DNA from: Candidatus Hadarchaeota archaeon
GTDB taxonomy: Archaea; Hadarchaeota; Hadarchaeia; Hadarchaeales; JAGGTB01
Assembly: GCA_964384105.1 (NCBI GenBank)
Contig: CAYLJV010000001.1
Coordinates: forward strand, 32,001 to 96,000
Direction of reading: 5' to 3'
Length of the DNA stretch: 64,000 nucleotides
The notes beneath the pieces were generated by a model. The model worked only from the letters and a program-made list of their open reading frames with translations. It searched no databases and was not told the DNA's origin. Both the position numbers and the translations under genes were made by a program. Positions 19,019 through 29,339 of this stretch are shown here, in pieces (positions within the stretch are counted from its first letter, which is position 1; every line of letters starts with the position of its first letter).

Positions 19019-19372
19019 GTGTTAGTAAATAAAACTACTGGAGAGATATTGGCCGAGGAGGTCGAGATAGCCGATTCTTTTTGGACTCGGTTTAGAGGCT
19101 TGATGTTCAGGCGGAGTTTCGAATTTGGAAATGCTATTCTGTTTGAAATTCCGACACCAAGAAAATTTGGTATTCATACTTTCTTTGTTTTTTTCCCAAT
19201 AGATCTTATTTATTTAGACGAGGACTTTGATGTGTTAGAATTAAAGAAAGACCTGCCTTCTTGGAGATTTTACAGTCCTAGTGTAAAGTCCAAGTATCTG
19301 ATAGAACTTCCTGGTGGTAAACTAAGAAATTCTGATGTAAATGTCGGAGATAGATTAGGTCTCAGAGATTGA
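19019..19372 (+). CDS. DUF192 family protein
   Basis: ADSFWTRFRGLMFR, IHTFFVFFPIDLIYLD, IELPGG. Confidence 0.88.
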   Translation: MLVNKTTGEILAEEVEIADSFWTRFRGLMFRRSFEFGNAILFEIPTPRKFGIHTFFVFFPIDLIYLDEDFDVLELKKDLPSWRFYSPSVKSKYLIELPGGKLRNSDVNVGDRLGLRD

Positions 19373-19464
19373 AGTTTACTTTTTGATATTTTGACCAAAA
19401 AATTTCTAAATTTAGCTGAAATTGATTTTATTAAGTATTAAACCGCAAATAGGATTTGGTCCCT

Positions 19465-20328
19465 ATGAATGTCCAAGAGAAGATTCTTATTTCTGCTGCT
19501 GATCTGGCTGAGGAAGTCAAGGCAGATGCGATCTTAGTCTTAACCGAAAAAGGAGATTCCTACAATTTTCTTAAGGAGCGGGTTAAGAGTAGAGAGGTCA
19601 TTGCTTTCACACCTAATAGAGAAACTTACGAAAAGTTGAGTAAAGATCCAGATTCCACCGTTATAGATCTAACTGTAAGGGATTCAAGTCGTATGGGGCA
19701 AATAAGACAAGCTGTTTGGTGGGGACTTAACTCAGGGCTTCTAAGCCCCGGCGATATTGTAGTATGTCTGTCTGGAGAGCTGGGTTTGTCTCAGGGTACT
19801 GATACTATCTCCGTGTATCTTATTTCGGAGACCGAATCTACGCTTGCGGGGATCATTGAAGCGGACTCTGTTATGAACGCTGTCGTAAACATTTCAACTG
19901 AACTTGGTTGGAAGGGCAGAGAAGGAGAGCCATTGGGTACTGCTTTCATAATTGGTGATGTTAAGAACGTGATGGAAAAATCTCATCAACTTGGCTTAAA
20001 TATTTTCGAGGGTCACGAGGATCTGAATATTACAAATCGCGAAAATTGGGAATTGATCAAGAGATATGCTTTCTTAGATGGAGCATTTGTTTTAGACGAA
20101 GAAGGAAACTTTGTTGCTGCAGGGCGTTATCTTGATGCCGATGTCGATGTTGATATAAAAGCGGGTCTTGGAACCCGTCATATTGCGGTGGCAAAAATAA
20201 CTGCTGCTACGGGGGCAAAGGGAGTAACTGTTTCTGGGACAGATGGAGTGATTAGGATATTTTCTGGTGGTAAGATCATGGGGGAAATTGATCCTAGAAG
20301 CAAAATGTTGAAAGAAGTCAGCATATAA
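19465..20328 (+). CDS. dacZ: Diadenylate cyclase DacZ (PK_C-like N-terminal domain plus DAC domain)
   Basis: GREGEPLGTAFIIGD, DGA motif (FLDGAFV), GLGTRH; N-terminus resembles pyruvate kinase C-domain. ATG at 19465 preferred over TTG at 19456. Confidence 0.87.
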   Translation: MNVQEKILISAADLAEEVKADAILVLTEKGDSYNFLKERVKSREVIAFTPNRETYEKLSKDPDSTVIDLTVRDSSRMGQIRQAVWWGLNSGLLSPGDIVVCLSGELGLSQGTDTISVYLISETESTLAGIIEADSVMNAVVNISTELGWKGREGEPLGTAFIIGDVKNVMEKSHQLGLNIFEGHEDLNITNRENWELIKRYAFLDGAFVLDEEGNFVAAGRYLDADVDVDIKAGLGTRHIAVAKITAATGAKGVTVSGTDGVIRIFSGGKIMGEIDPRSKMLKEVSI

Positions 20329-20362
20329 ATCTTCAGAAAATTTGGTTTTTTAGGGGAAAATC

Positions 20363-20614
20363 TTGTATAATGTTTACATTTTGCGACTCTCTGACGATTC
20401 TTTATACTGTGGGATCACTAACGACCTTAAAAGGCGTTTGAGGGAACATCGGCAAGGAAGAGGTAGTAAGTATGTTAAAGGAAGACTTCCTCTAGAGTTG
20501 GTTTACCGTGAAAAAAGGGATAGTAGAAAGGAAGCTATGAGGAGAGAGGCAGAAATCAAAAGTTGGAGTAAGGACAGGAAGGAAAAAGTTGTTGAAGAAC
20601 ATGGAAATTCTTAA
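20363..20614 (+). CDS. Small GIY-YIG nuclease (UPF0213/YhbQ-like)
   Basis: VYIL..LYCGITNDLKRRLREH..G.GSKY..P.ELVY.E...A.RRE.IK. Confidence 0.9.
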   Translation: MYNVYILRLSDDSLYCGITNDLKRRLREHRQGRGSKYVKGRLPLELVYREKRDSRKEAMRREAEIKSWSKDRKEKVVEEHGNS

Positions 20615-20618
20615 ATTA

Positions 20619-21479
20619 TTAATTTTTGATCTCGTCTAAGATTTTCTCTACGTCTCTAGTAACACCAAATTTTTTTTCAAAAAACCGGATAACGTTTTTC
20701 AAATCTCTTTTGAGTAGCTTATCTGCTTCTGGATGATCTTTTTCTTCCCATTGGGGCCAATCGATAATTAGAATCTCTCCATTTTTCTTTATTATGATAT
20801 TATATTCACTCAAGTCTCCGTGAATCACACCGGTTTGATATGCTTCTTTTGCATTTCTTATAATCTCATCTAGAACAGGTTCTGGGAAGTCTATATCTGA
20901 GACCTCGGCCAATTCTTCTCCTTCTATTAGTCCCATCACTATGACGTGTCTGTTGTATGCGACTGGTTCGGGAACTTCTACTTTTGGATAGAGTTTTTTT
21001 AAAGCCTCAAATTCCTTTCTTGCAGCTTTTTTTGAAGCATTAATCCAGTTTGGAACTGATCCATAGGATCTCTTTTCTTTTACGTCAGTAAATGTAAGCC
21101 CAAGGCGATTAAATTTTATAGCTACTCTTCGATTTTTGGGATCGAGCGCATCGTAGATATCTGCTTCTTTTCCTATTCCCATTTCCCTACCGAAAGCTTC
21201 TATTACGTCTTCTTGAACTAAATCCCAAATTGCTAGAACATCGTAACCAGAAGGTAGGACTTTATATCCTCTATATTTGGTTATTTTGCCTTCTACAAGT
21301 TTGAATTTGTTTACTCTTTCTAGCCGATATTTGATATCTTGCTCGGGTTTTTCGCTGATCTTCTTCAGTTTGTCTTCAGGGATCCATTCGTATCTTTTGG
21401 AGGCTTTTTCCAGCTCTTTTAGAAATTCTATATCTCCCTTTTCTATTTCAAGAAATCTTTTAATCGCTTCTAGTGTCAT
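20619..21479 (-). CDS. rio2: RIO2-type atypical Ser/Thr kinase
   Basis: N-terminal winged helix (GYDVLA), GIGKEADIY, IHGDLSEYNI, IIDWPQW. Confidence 0.92.
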   Translation of the reverse strand: MTLEAIKRFLEIEKGDIEFLKELEKASKRYEWIPEDKLKKISEKPEQDIKYRLERVNKFKLVEGKITKYRGYKVLPSGYDVLAIWDLVQEDVIEAFGREMGIGKEADIYDALDPKNRRVAIKFNRLGLTFTDVKEKRSYGSVPNWINASKKAARKEFEALKKLYPKVEVPEPVAYNRHVIVMGLIEGEELAEVSDIDFPEPVLDEIIRNAKEAYQTGVIHGDLSEYNIIIKKNGEILIIDWPQWEEKDHPEADKLLKRDLKNVIRFFEKKFGVTRDVEKILDEIKN

Positions 21480-21660
21480 GTTCTCTAAAAGTGTTTTATT
21501 TTATTTATTAGTAAAATCGACTTTTTGTAGTTAATTTCTAATCAATAAATTTCAATAAGTGTGGAAAAAGGAGAAATTTACTATAGAAATCTTTTAAAAA
21601 CTACTTGTTTTAGATTTAAAGGAGAATTTAAATAGCGAAGGTGAAAATCTGCTACATTCA

Positions 21661-23064
21661 TTGGGGCTTATACTAATCATAATAGCGGGGGTTTTGTCCG
21701 TACCGGCTCCAGTATCTCTCTTTTTTTCTGAATATTCACTCATTCCCTATTTTTTGATACCAGCCGCTATCTGCTTAGTTTTGGGTTTTTTATTCTATAA
21801 GAAATATGAGAGAGAGGATATTGTTTTCGGCAAGGCTATGGTTTTAGTAGCCACAACCTGGTTGATTTTAGCGTTTCTAGGTGCGATACCTTACATCTTT
21901 GGCCATAATATGGGGATAATTGAATCTATTTTTGAAAGTATGTCTGGTTTTACTGCTACAGGTTTGACAGTTTTACAAGGTGAAGCTGGATGGATAGGAA
22001 GTGTTCCAGAGAGTACGATATTGTTCTGGAGGAGTTTTACTCAATGGATTGGTGGTCTAGGTGTGATCGTGCTGTTTTTGGCGGTATTCATAGGTACCGG
22101 AAAACTTGCTAGGAAATTGTACGCCTCGGAAGCTCGAGAAGATCGGATTTACCCTAGTATTAGAGATACGGCAAGATTTCTTTGGAAAAGTTACTCCGTG
22201 TTCACCATAGCAGGAATACTAGGTTTTGTGCTTACAGGGATGGGTATTTTTGCAGCGATAAACCACAGTATGACCGCTATTGCTACCGGTGGATTTACTG
22301 TCACCCCGGACAGCTTTGCAGGTTACGGAATACCGAGTTACGTAGTGGCTTTTGGCCTGATGACTGCCGGTGGGATAAGTTTTGCTGTTCATAGGAAAGC
22401 TTGGGACAAGGATTGGAGAGAGCTTTTCAGAAGTATAGAAGTTAGGCTGATGTTTGCTTTTATCATAATAGCGTCAGTGGCTCTTTTCTGGAGCATAGGT
22501 TTAAGGCACGCGATATTCCAGTCTACCTCCGCTTTGACTGGTACAGGATTTTCGAGTACGGGGTTGATTCCTAGTAGTTGGGGAGCTTTTCAAAGGGGTG
22601 TTTTAACCGTTTTGATGGTTGTTGGTGGAGGATATGGGTCCACGTCGAGTGCGATTAAGCTCATTAGGACTATTATAATAATCAGTGCAGTGGCTTGGCT
22701 TTTAAAGAGGAGCTTTTTACCCGATAGAGCGGTTGTTCCCTTGGAGATCCGGGGGGAAACTTATGCAAAAGAGGACGTTATGGAGGCCTCCTTGTACGGC
22801 TTTATCTATATAATGCTCTTAACGGCAGGGTCTTTGATAGTAATGCTGGCAATGCCTGATTGGAGTGGCATGGATGTTATTTTTGAGACTGCTTCTGCAC
22901 AGGGGAATGTCGGACTCTCTGTGGGCATCACTGCTGTTTCTCCACCTGTGGTCAAGATTGTGTATATCATTCAAATGCTTGCCGGAAGGTTAGAAATACT
23001 GCCGGTTGTAGCACTTTTCAGAATCTTTATTGAAAAGATTCCTCGTCGCAGGGAACCGTTCTAA
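21661..23064 (+). CDS. trkH: TrkH-family K+ uptake membrane protein
   Basis: Four pore loops FESMSGFTATG, IATGGF, LTGTGF, QGNVGLS; GRLE motif. Confidence 0.92.
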   Translation: MGLILIIIAGVLSVPAPVSLFFSEYSLIPYFLIPAAICLVLGFLFYKKYEREDIVFGKAMVLVATTWLILAFLGAIPYIFGHNMGIIESIFESMSGFTATGLTVLQGEAGWIGSVPESTILFWRSFTQWIGGLGVIVLFLAVFIGTGKLARKLYASEAREDRIYPSIRDTARFLWKSYSVFTIAGILGFVLTGMGIFAAINHSMTAIATGGFTVTPDSFAGYGIPSYVVAFGLMTAGGISFAVHRKAWDKDWRELFRSIEVRLMFAFIIIASVALFWSIGLRHAIFQSTSALTGTGFSSTGLIPSSWGAFQRGVLTVLMVVGGGYGSTSSAIKLIRTIIIISAVAWLLKRSFLPDRAVVPLEIRGETYAKEDVMEASLYGFIYIMLLTAGSLIVMLAMPDWSGMDVIFETASAQGNVGLSVGITAVSPPVVKIVYIIQMLAGRLEILPVVALFRIFIEKIPRRREPF

Positions 23065-23216
23065 GCTCTTAGATCAGTTCTGTTTAGTCTAAATATTTTT
23101 ACTTGTCTATTATTTTTTAATTTTTTAGAATTCCAAGAGATAATAGGTATAATTTTTTTTACCAATTTACGATTAGATTTTTATAGTATGATTCTACAAC
23201 ATATGAGAACGATAAA

Positions 23217-25835
23217 ATGGCAAAGTATGTTTATTCCTTTGACGAAGGAAACGCTGACATGAAGGATCTTTTGGGGGGTAAAGGATCCAATTTAGCAGAA
23301 ATGACTTCTATGGGATTAAATGTTCCACCGGGTTTTACTATTACTACGGAAGCTTGCTTGAATTATCTGGAAGATAAGGAGATTACTCAGGAAGTTAAGA
23401 ATCAGATTAAGGAGAAGATGAAAAAACTCGAGGAAGAGTCCGAAAAGGAATTTGGGGATCCGAAAAATCCTCTTTTAGTATCCGTAAGGTCTGGTGCAGC
23501 GGTCTCTATGCCGGGAATGATGGATACGATACTAAATTTGGGATTGAATGATGAAACTGTCGATGGTTTAGTGCGTAGAACTAATGAAAGATTTGCTTAC
23601 GATAGCTATCGAAGATTCATTAATATGTTCGGTGAGGTAGTTCGAGGTATAGACCATTCTGAATTCGAAGAAATAATGGATGAGTTCAAAGAGAAAAGAG
23701 GGGCCAAAACCGATCTGGGTCTGAAGGCGGGGGATTTGAAGGAGATAACCGAGCGTTACAAGGAGTTAGTGGGTGATGTCCCTTCGGATCCGTGGGATCA
23801 ACTTATAGAGGCTGTAAAGGCTGTTTTCTCATCATGGGAAAATGAGAGAGCCGTTAGATATCGAGAGATCAATAACCTCCCTCACGATATGGGGACTGCA
23901 GTCAACGTTCAGGAAATGGTGTTCGGTAACACTGGAGAGAACTCGGGGAGTGGTGTTGCTTTTACCAGAAATCCTTCCGATGGCGAGAACAAGATTTACG
24001 GTGAGTTCCTGCAGAATGCTCAAGGAGAGGACGTAGTTGCAGGTATAAGAACCCCATTGAATCTTGATGATCTAAAGGATATCTGGCCGGATATATATTC
24101 GGAACTGGTGGATATTTCAGAAATTCTCGAAGAAAAGTACAAGGATATGCAGGATTTCGAATTCACGATCGAAGATGGAGAACTCTATGTTTTACAGACT
24201 CGGACTGGTAAGAGAACCCCTAACGCGGCCGTCAAGATAGCTTACGATATGGCTCAGGATGGAATTATCAGTAAGGAAGTGGCTATATTGAGAGTTAAAC
24301 CTGAGCAAGTCGAAAAGATGCTTCATAAGAAGGTCGATCCAGATGCTGATGTTAAGAAGATTACTAAAGGTCTAAATGCTTCACCTGGTGCGGCTTCTGG
24401 AAAGGTCGTATTTAATACCGACGAGGCAGCTCATAGAGGTTCTAGTGAAAAGATAATTCTTGTCAGACCCGAAACGACACCTGAGGATATTCACGGGCTT
24501 TCTGCTTCTCAGGGAGTCTTGACGAGCAGAGGTGGAATGACAAGTCACGCTGCTGTAGTGGCTAGGGGAATGGGTAAGCCCTGTGTTGTGGGCGCGGAGA
24601 ATATTGAAATAGATCTTAAGAAAGAGGAGTTTGTTGTTGGAGATCGTACTATAAAGAAGGGCGATTACCTCACGATTGATGGTACTACTGGAGATGTCAT
24701 TCTTGGGAGAACTCCCCTTGTAGAACCGGAGTTCACCAATGAATTTAAGCAACTGCTGTCTTGGGCTGATGAAGTTAAGAAAATGGGTGTTTGGGCCAAC
24801 GCTGATACGGTTGATGAATTAAAGAAGGCCCTTGAACTTGGTGCTGAAGGGGTTGGTCTCTGCAGGACTGAACATATGGTCTTTAACCCAGAGAGATTGG
24901 GTGCGGTCCATGATATGTTCGTTGCGGAGAGTGAAGAAATAAGGGAGAAGGCTGTCGAAAAACTGATGCGATTGCAGAAGAATGATTTTAAAAAATTGTT
25001 TGAAGTGATTAACGGTCTACCTATCAAGATAAGATTATTGGATTTACCACTTCACGAATTTTTGCCTACTGATGAGGAGGCTCAAGTCCAGATGGCAGAA
25101 AGGGTTGAGATGGACCTGGATGAAGTTAAGAAGAAAGTGTCCCGACTTAAAGAGGTCAATCCTATGCTGGGTCATAGAGGTTGTCGCCTTGGTATAACGA
25201 ATCCGGAGATCTATAGAATGCAGGTTAGGGCGATACTTGAAGCTGCTATCGAAACAAAGAAAAAAGGGATAGAAGTTGACCCCCATATCATGGTGCCGTT
25301 AGTTGGCTACGTAAAGGAATTAGAAATTTTGAAAGATGAAATATTTGATCCTGTCGAAAAAGAGGTATTCAGCGATAAGGAAGCGATAGACTACTTGGTT
25401 GGGACTATGATTGAGATACCAAGAGCAGCTCTCACAGCTGATGAGATAGCGAAAGAGGCTGACTTCTTTTCTTTTGGCACTAACGATCTAACTCAGATGG
25501 GAATGGGTTATAGTCGTGACGATGTTAAGGCTTTTATACCCGAGTACATAGACCGGGGAATACTTGATAATGACCCGTTCCAGGTGCTCGATAAGTCTGG
25601 TATAGGTCAGTTGATTGAGGTGGCGACGAAAAAGGGTAGAGAGACCAAGAAGGGTCTAAGCATTGGAATATGTGGAGAACATGGTGGAGAACCTTCTTCT
25701 ATAGAGTTCTGTTATAGAGCTGATTTGGATTATACCAGCTGCTCACCTTATAGGATTCCTATAGCGAGAGTGGCTGCTGCTCGGGCAAGAATAGAAGAGG
25801 AAATGGAAGTTGACAAAGGAGCCGCTGGCTACTAG
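23217..25835 (+). CDS. ppdK: Pyruvate, phosphate dikinase
   Basis: LGGKGSNLAEM, SMPGMMDT, GGMTSHAAVVARG (phospho-His), GLCRTEHM, FSFGTNDLTQ, GICGEHGG. Confidence 0.97.
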   Translation: MAKYVYSFDEGNADMKDLLGGKGSNLAEMTSMGLNVPPGFTITTEACLNYLEDKEITQEVKNQIKEKMKKLEEESEKEFGDPKNPLLVSVRSGAAVSMPGMMDTILNLGLNDETVDGLVRRTNERFAYDSYRRFINMFGEVVRGIDHSEFEEIMDEFKEKRGAKTDLGLKAGDLKEITERYKELVGDVPSDPWDQLIEAVKAVFSSWENERAVRYREINNLPHDMGTAVNVQEMVFGNTGENSGSGVAFTRNPSDGENKIYGEFLQNAQGEDVVAGIRTPLNLDDLKDIWPDIYSELVDISEILEEKYKDMQDFEFTIEDGELYVLQTRTGKRTPNAAVKIAYDMAQDGIISKEVAILRVKPEQVEKMLHKKVDPDADVKKITKGLNASPGAASGKVVFNTDEAAHRGSSEKIILVRPETTPEDIHGLSASQGVLTSRGGMTSHAAVVARGMGKPCVVGAENIEIDLKKEEFVVGDRTIKKGDYLTIDGTTGDVILGRTPLVEPEFTNEFKQLLSWADEVKKMGVWANADTVDELKKALELGAEGVGLCRTEHMVFNPERLGAVHDMFVAESEEIREKAVEKLMRLQKNDFKKLFEVINGLPIKIRLLDLPLHEFLPTDEEAQVQMAERVEMDLDEVKKKVSRLKEVNPMLGHRGCRLGITNPEIYRMQVRAILEAAIETKKKGIEVDPHIMVPLVGYVKELEILKDEIFDPVEKEVFSDKEAIDYLVGTMIEIPRAALTADEIAKEADFFSFGTNDLTQMGMGYSRDDVKAFIPEYIDRGILDNDPFQVLDKSGIGQLIEVATKKGRETKKGLSIGICGEHGGEPSSIEFCYRADLDYTSCSPYRIPIARVAAARARIEEEMEVDKGAAGY

Positions 25836-25885
25836 TCACTAATTATCAGATTCTGTACGGAATTTTCTAAATTATTAGAAATTGA

Positions 25886-26944
25886 TTATAAAACTTCTTC
25901 TAGGGCTTCCAGCATTAGGTCTATTTTCTCAAAAGTTACATATCCCATGTTTCCTATTCGGAAGGTTTTCTCGGATAGATCCCCATAGCCTTTCGCTAGT
26001 TCAAAGCCTTTTTCACGCATTTCGTTGTAGACCTCTAGGCCACTCTTTCCTTCGGGAGCGTTTACACAAGAGACGGTTGGACTCTCGTATCCCTCTTCTG
26101 GGAAAAGCGATAGGCCTAAATCCTCAATCCCCTCTTTGATTTTCATACTTCTATTTTTATACATTTCAAAGTGCTTTTCTTTTCCTTTTTCTTCTATCAT
26201 TTTGAGACTTTCATTTAGAGCCAAGACCTGTGGTACCGGTGGGGTCATATGAGTTCCGCTTTTTTTCTTGTCATAGTCCTCGTAGCGCGAAAGGTCAAAG
26301 TACCATCCTTTGTTTTCTGCTTTTCTCGCTTTTTCAAGAGCTTCTTTGCTTACGCTACCGACAGCTAGGCCTGGTGGAACTCCGAAGCACTTTTGCGAAC
26401 TCGCAAAACAGATATCGATGTTCCATTCGTCCACCTTGATTTCCGCGCCACCCATTCCACTTACTGCATCGACAAAGAGAAGCTTATCGTGTTCTTCTAC
26501 TACTTTTCCGAGTTCTGATAGTGGATTCAATAATCCTGTACTGGTTTCGTTGTAAGTTATGGTGACGGCTTCTACGTCGGGAAGTTTAGACAACTTTTCA
26601 TCTAGTTCTTCAGGAGGTATTGGTTTTCCAGATTCGATCTCTAATTTTTCTACTTCCCTTCCGTTTGCTTCAGCGACGTTTGCGTATCTTCTTCCGAAGG
26701 CTCCATTAGTACAACAAAGCATTTTTTCGTTTACACAATTTCTCACGGAGCTTTCCATTACTCCAGAACCTGAACTAGGAAAGGTGAAAACTTTTTCTTC
26801 TGTTTCAAGAAAGTCTTGTAATCTTTTGGTTATTTCTCGATGAGTTTCTCTGTATTCTTTGCTTCGATGGCTGAACATTTGTGTGTCCATCACATCTAGT
26901 ACTCTAGGATAGCAAGCTACTGGACCTACAGTGAATAACTTCAC
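25886..26944 (-). CDS. Class V PLP aminotransferase (serine-pyruvate / phosphoserine aminotransferase-like)
   Basis: FTVGP, SHRS, NETSTG, VDAVS, SSQKC..PPGL, FRIGNMG. Confidence 0.9.
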   Translation of the reverse strand: MKLFTVGPVACYPRVLDVMDTQMFSHRSKEYRETHREITKRLQDFLETEEKVFTFPSSGSGVMESSVRNCVNEKMLCCTNGAFGRRYANVAEANGREVEKLEIESGKPIPPEELDEKLSKLPDVEAVTITYNETSTGLLNPLSELGKVVEEHDKLLFVDAVSGMGGAEIKVDEWNIDICFASSQKCFGVPPGLAVGSVSKEALEKARKAENKGWYFDLSRYEDYDKKKSGTHMTPPVPQVLALNESLKMIEEKGKEKHFEMYKNRSMKIKEGIEDLGLSLFPEEGYESPTVSCVNAPEGKSGLEVYNEMREKGFELAKGYGDLSEKTFRIGNMGYVTFEKIDLMLEALEEVL

Positions 26945-27843
26945 ATTAATTCCTCCTTTATTTTTTGGGCTACTAGTATTGAAAGTTTTTCCTGTGCTTC
27001 TTTCGTGGATGCGCCCAAGTGAGGAGTTGGGAAAACATTATCTAGTTTGGGCAAAGTATAATCTTCTGGAGGCTCTTTGGAATAAACATCGACACAGGCT
27101 CCTGCAATCTCTTTTTCTTTCAATGCTTTTGTGAGAGCTTTTTCATCTACTATGGCGCCCCTGGCAGTATTTATTAATACAGCCGTTGGTTTCATCATTT
27201 TGAGCTCTTTCTCTCCGATCGTACGTTTAGTTTTTTCTGTTAATGGAAGATGAATAGTAACGTAGTCCGATTTTTTAAGTACTTCATTTAGGCCGATGTA
27301 TTCTCCTCCGGCTTCTGTAAAATCGTCGTATTTGGTCCTGTTGTATCCTACTATTTTCATGCCCAGTGAGTTAGCTTTTCTAGCTACTGCTATACCGATC
27401 TTTCCCGTACCTATTACTCCGAGAGTTTTATCATCTATCTCTGATCCTTTCAGCTGACTTTTTATCCACTTTTCTTCTTTCATAGATTTGTAAGCCATCC
27501 CGAGGTTTCTTGACCAAGCGAGCATTAGTCCGATTGTTAGCTCTGCTACAGGGTTTACGGAGGCTTCTGGTGTGTTTAGGACTTTGATATTTTTTTCTTC
27601 TGTTGCTTCGAGGTTGATATTATCTAATCCTACTCCCGCTCTTACTATCAGCTTCAAGTTTTCTGCCTTCTCTAGAACTTCTTTAGTTACATTAGTCCCA
27701 CTTCTTACAACCAAGGCATCTGCAACATGTATTTTTTCCAAAAGCTCTTTTTGAGAAAGTTCTGTGGCTATTTCCACTTCTGCGAATTCTTTCATCTGAT
27801 TTATTCCTGTCTCGTGAACTTTATCGGTGATTAAAATTTTCAT
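26941..27843 (-). CDS. serA: D-3-phosphoglycerate dehydrogenase-like D-2-hydroxyacid dehydrogenase (no ACT domain)
   Basis: VVRSGT, RAGVGLDNI, GTGKIG, NTARG, TPHLGAST.EAQ. Confidence 0.8.
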   Translation of the reverse strand: MKILITDKVHETGINQMKEFAEVEIATELSQKELLEKIHVADALVVRSGTNVTKEVLEKAENLKLIVRAGVGLDNINLEATEEKNIKVLNTPEASVNPVAELTIGLMLAWSRNLGMAYKSMKEEKWIKSQLKGSEIDDKTLGVIGTGKIGIAVARKANSLGMKIVGYNRTKYDDFTEAGGEYIGLNEVLKKSDYVTIHLPLTEKTKRTIGEKELKMMKPTAVLINTARGAIVDEKALTKALKEKEIAGACVDVYSKEPPEDYTLPKLDNVFPTPHLGASTKEAQEKLSILVAQKIKEELM

Positions 27844-27971
27844 TATTTTTCTCCTAGGTTAGACTATGATTTAATTTTACATCATTTTAATTTTTTCTAC
27901 AAACCTTAAGTATCTGTTAGAAATTCTCAAAGAGAAATTTAAAAGTGATGAAGTAGCTATATGATAGAGAC

Positions 27972-29306
27972 GTGGTTTTAATGGGAAAAAGCCTAGATGA
28001 AATCAAGGATCTTATTAAGAGCCATCATGAGATGTTTAGTAACGCTATCCCGTTGATAGCTAGCGAAAATGTGACTAGCACTCCTGTTAAAGAGGCTACT
28101 ATCTGCGACTTTTCTCATAGGTACGCTGAAGGGTGGCCAGGAGAAAGAGTTTATGCTGGAGTCAAATATCTTGATGAAGTAGAGCTTACCTGTATAGATT
28201 ATGCAAAGGAACTCTTTAACGCAGATTTTGTAGATGTAAGACCCATATCGGGTGTCTGTTCTAATCTAGTGGTCTATACTGCTTTGACTCGTCCAGGTGA
28301 CTTGATGTTGACTTCACCAATCACTAAGGGTGGTCATATTACAATGGGACCCCATAAGTCTCCAAAGAGTGGTACCTTTATTGGGGGAACAGCCGGTTCT
28401 GTTCACGGACTTGATGTTAGATATTTCGAATTCGATGAAAACGAAATGAATATTGATGTGGACAAGACAGCTGCGAAGATAAGAGAACTAGAACCAGACC
28501 TTTTGATGTTTGGCGCTTCTGTGTTTCTTTTCCCACATCCAATCGAAGAGCTTAGTGATATAGCAAAGGAAGTCGGAGCTAACATAGCTTATGATGCGGC
28601 TCATGTTTCTGGTTTGATCGCTGGCGGAAGGTTCCAGGATCCTCTCAGAGAGGGTGCGGATGTTATGTCAATGAGTACTCATAAAACGCTTCCAGGACCT
28701 CAACATGGTATGGTTGCAGCTCAAGAGGAATATGCGGATAAAATAAAGACAGCTACTTTCCCATCTATGGTAAGTAATCATCATCTTCATAATGTGGCAG
28801 GTTTGACAGTTGCTTTAGCCGAATTTTCGAAGTTTGGAAAAGACTATGTCGATCAGATAATTAAGAATGCCAAAGCAATGGGTCAGGCACTTTCGGAAAG
28901 AGGACTTAACGTTTTGGCGGAGCATAAAGGATACACTGAATCTCATATAGTTCTCCTAGATATAACCGACCTCAAGGATGATGTTGGTTTAGGAAAAGAT
29001 GTGGAAAAAGAGTTAGAGAAAGCTAATATTATTCTTAACAGAAATCTTCTGCCGTGGGATATTAAAGAAGGCCGTCATTTCGAAAATCCTGGCGGAATAA
29101 GAATCGGTACTTCTGAAATAACTAGGTTAGGTATGAAAGAGAGTGATATGGAAGTAATAGCGGACTTTATCGCTCAGATCTTGAAGGAGCAGAAGGACCC
29201 CGAGAAGGTAAAAGAGGAAGTATCTGATTTCAGAAAAGATTTTCAAGATCTCCATTACTGTTTCGAGTCTTCAAAGGGCGCTCACGAGTACATAGAGATT
29301 CGTTAA
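27972..29306 (+). CDS. glyA: Serine hydroxymethyltransferase, archaeal type
   Basis: LIASEN, RYAEG, DAAHV, STHKTLPGPQ (PLP Lys), GIRIGT. Confidence 0.96.
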   Translation: MVLMGKSLDEIKDLIKSHHEMFSNAIPLIASENVTSTPVKEATICDFSHRYAEGWPGERVYAGVKYLDEVELTCIDYAKELFNADFVDVRPISGVCSNLVVYTALTRPGDLMLTSPITKGGHITMGPHKSPKSGTFIGGTAGSVHGLDVRYFEFDENEMNIDVDKTAAKIRELEPDLLMFGASVFLFPHPIEELSDIAKEVGANIAYDAAHVSGLIAGGRFQDPLREGADVMSMSTHKTLPGPQHGMVAAQEEYADKIKTATFPSMVSNHHLHNVAGLTVALAEFSKFGKDYVDQIIKNAKAMGQALSERGLNVLAEHKGYTESHIVLLDITDLKDDVGLGKDVEKELEKANIILNRNLLPWDIKEGRHFENPGGIRIGTSEITRLGMKESDMEVIADFIAQILKEQKDPEKVKEEVSDFRKDFQDLHYCFESSKGAHEYIEIR

Positions 29307-29339
29307 TTGAGTTACATTTACTAATTGTAGGGGTTTTAA

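Noticed and set aside
19465-20614. Cyclic-nucleotide defence system (cyclase plus nuclease effector) or homing endonuclease
   Set aside because: The cyclase is the housekeeping DacZ type, and the GIY-YIG is the common 83-aa stand-alone form with no sensor or DNA-binding extension
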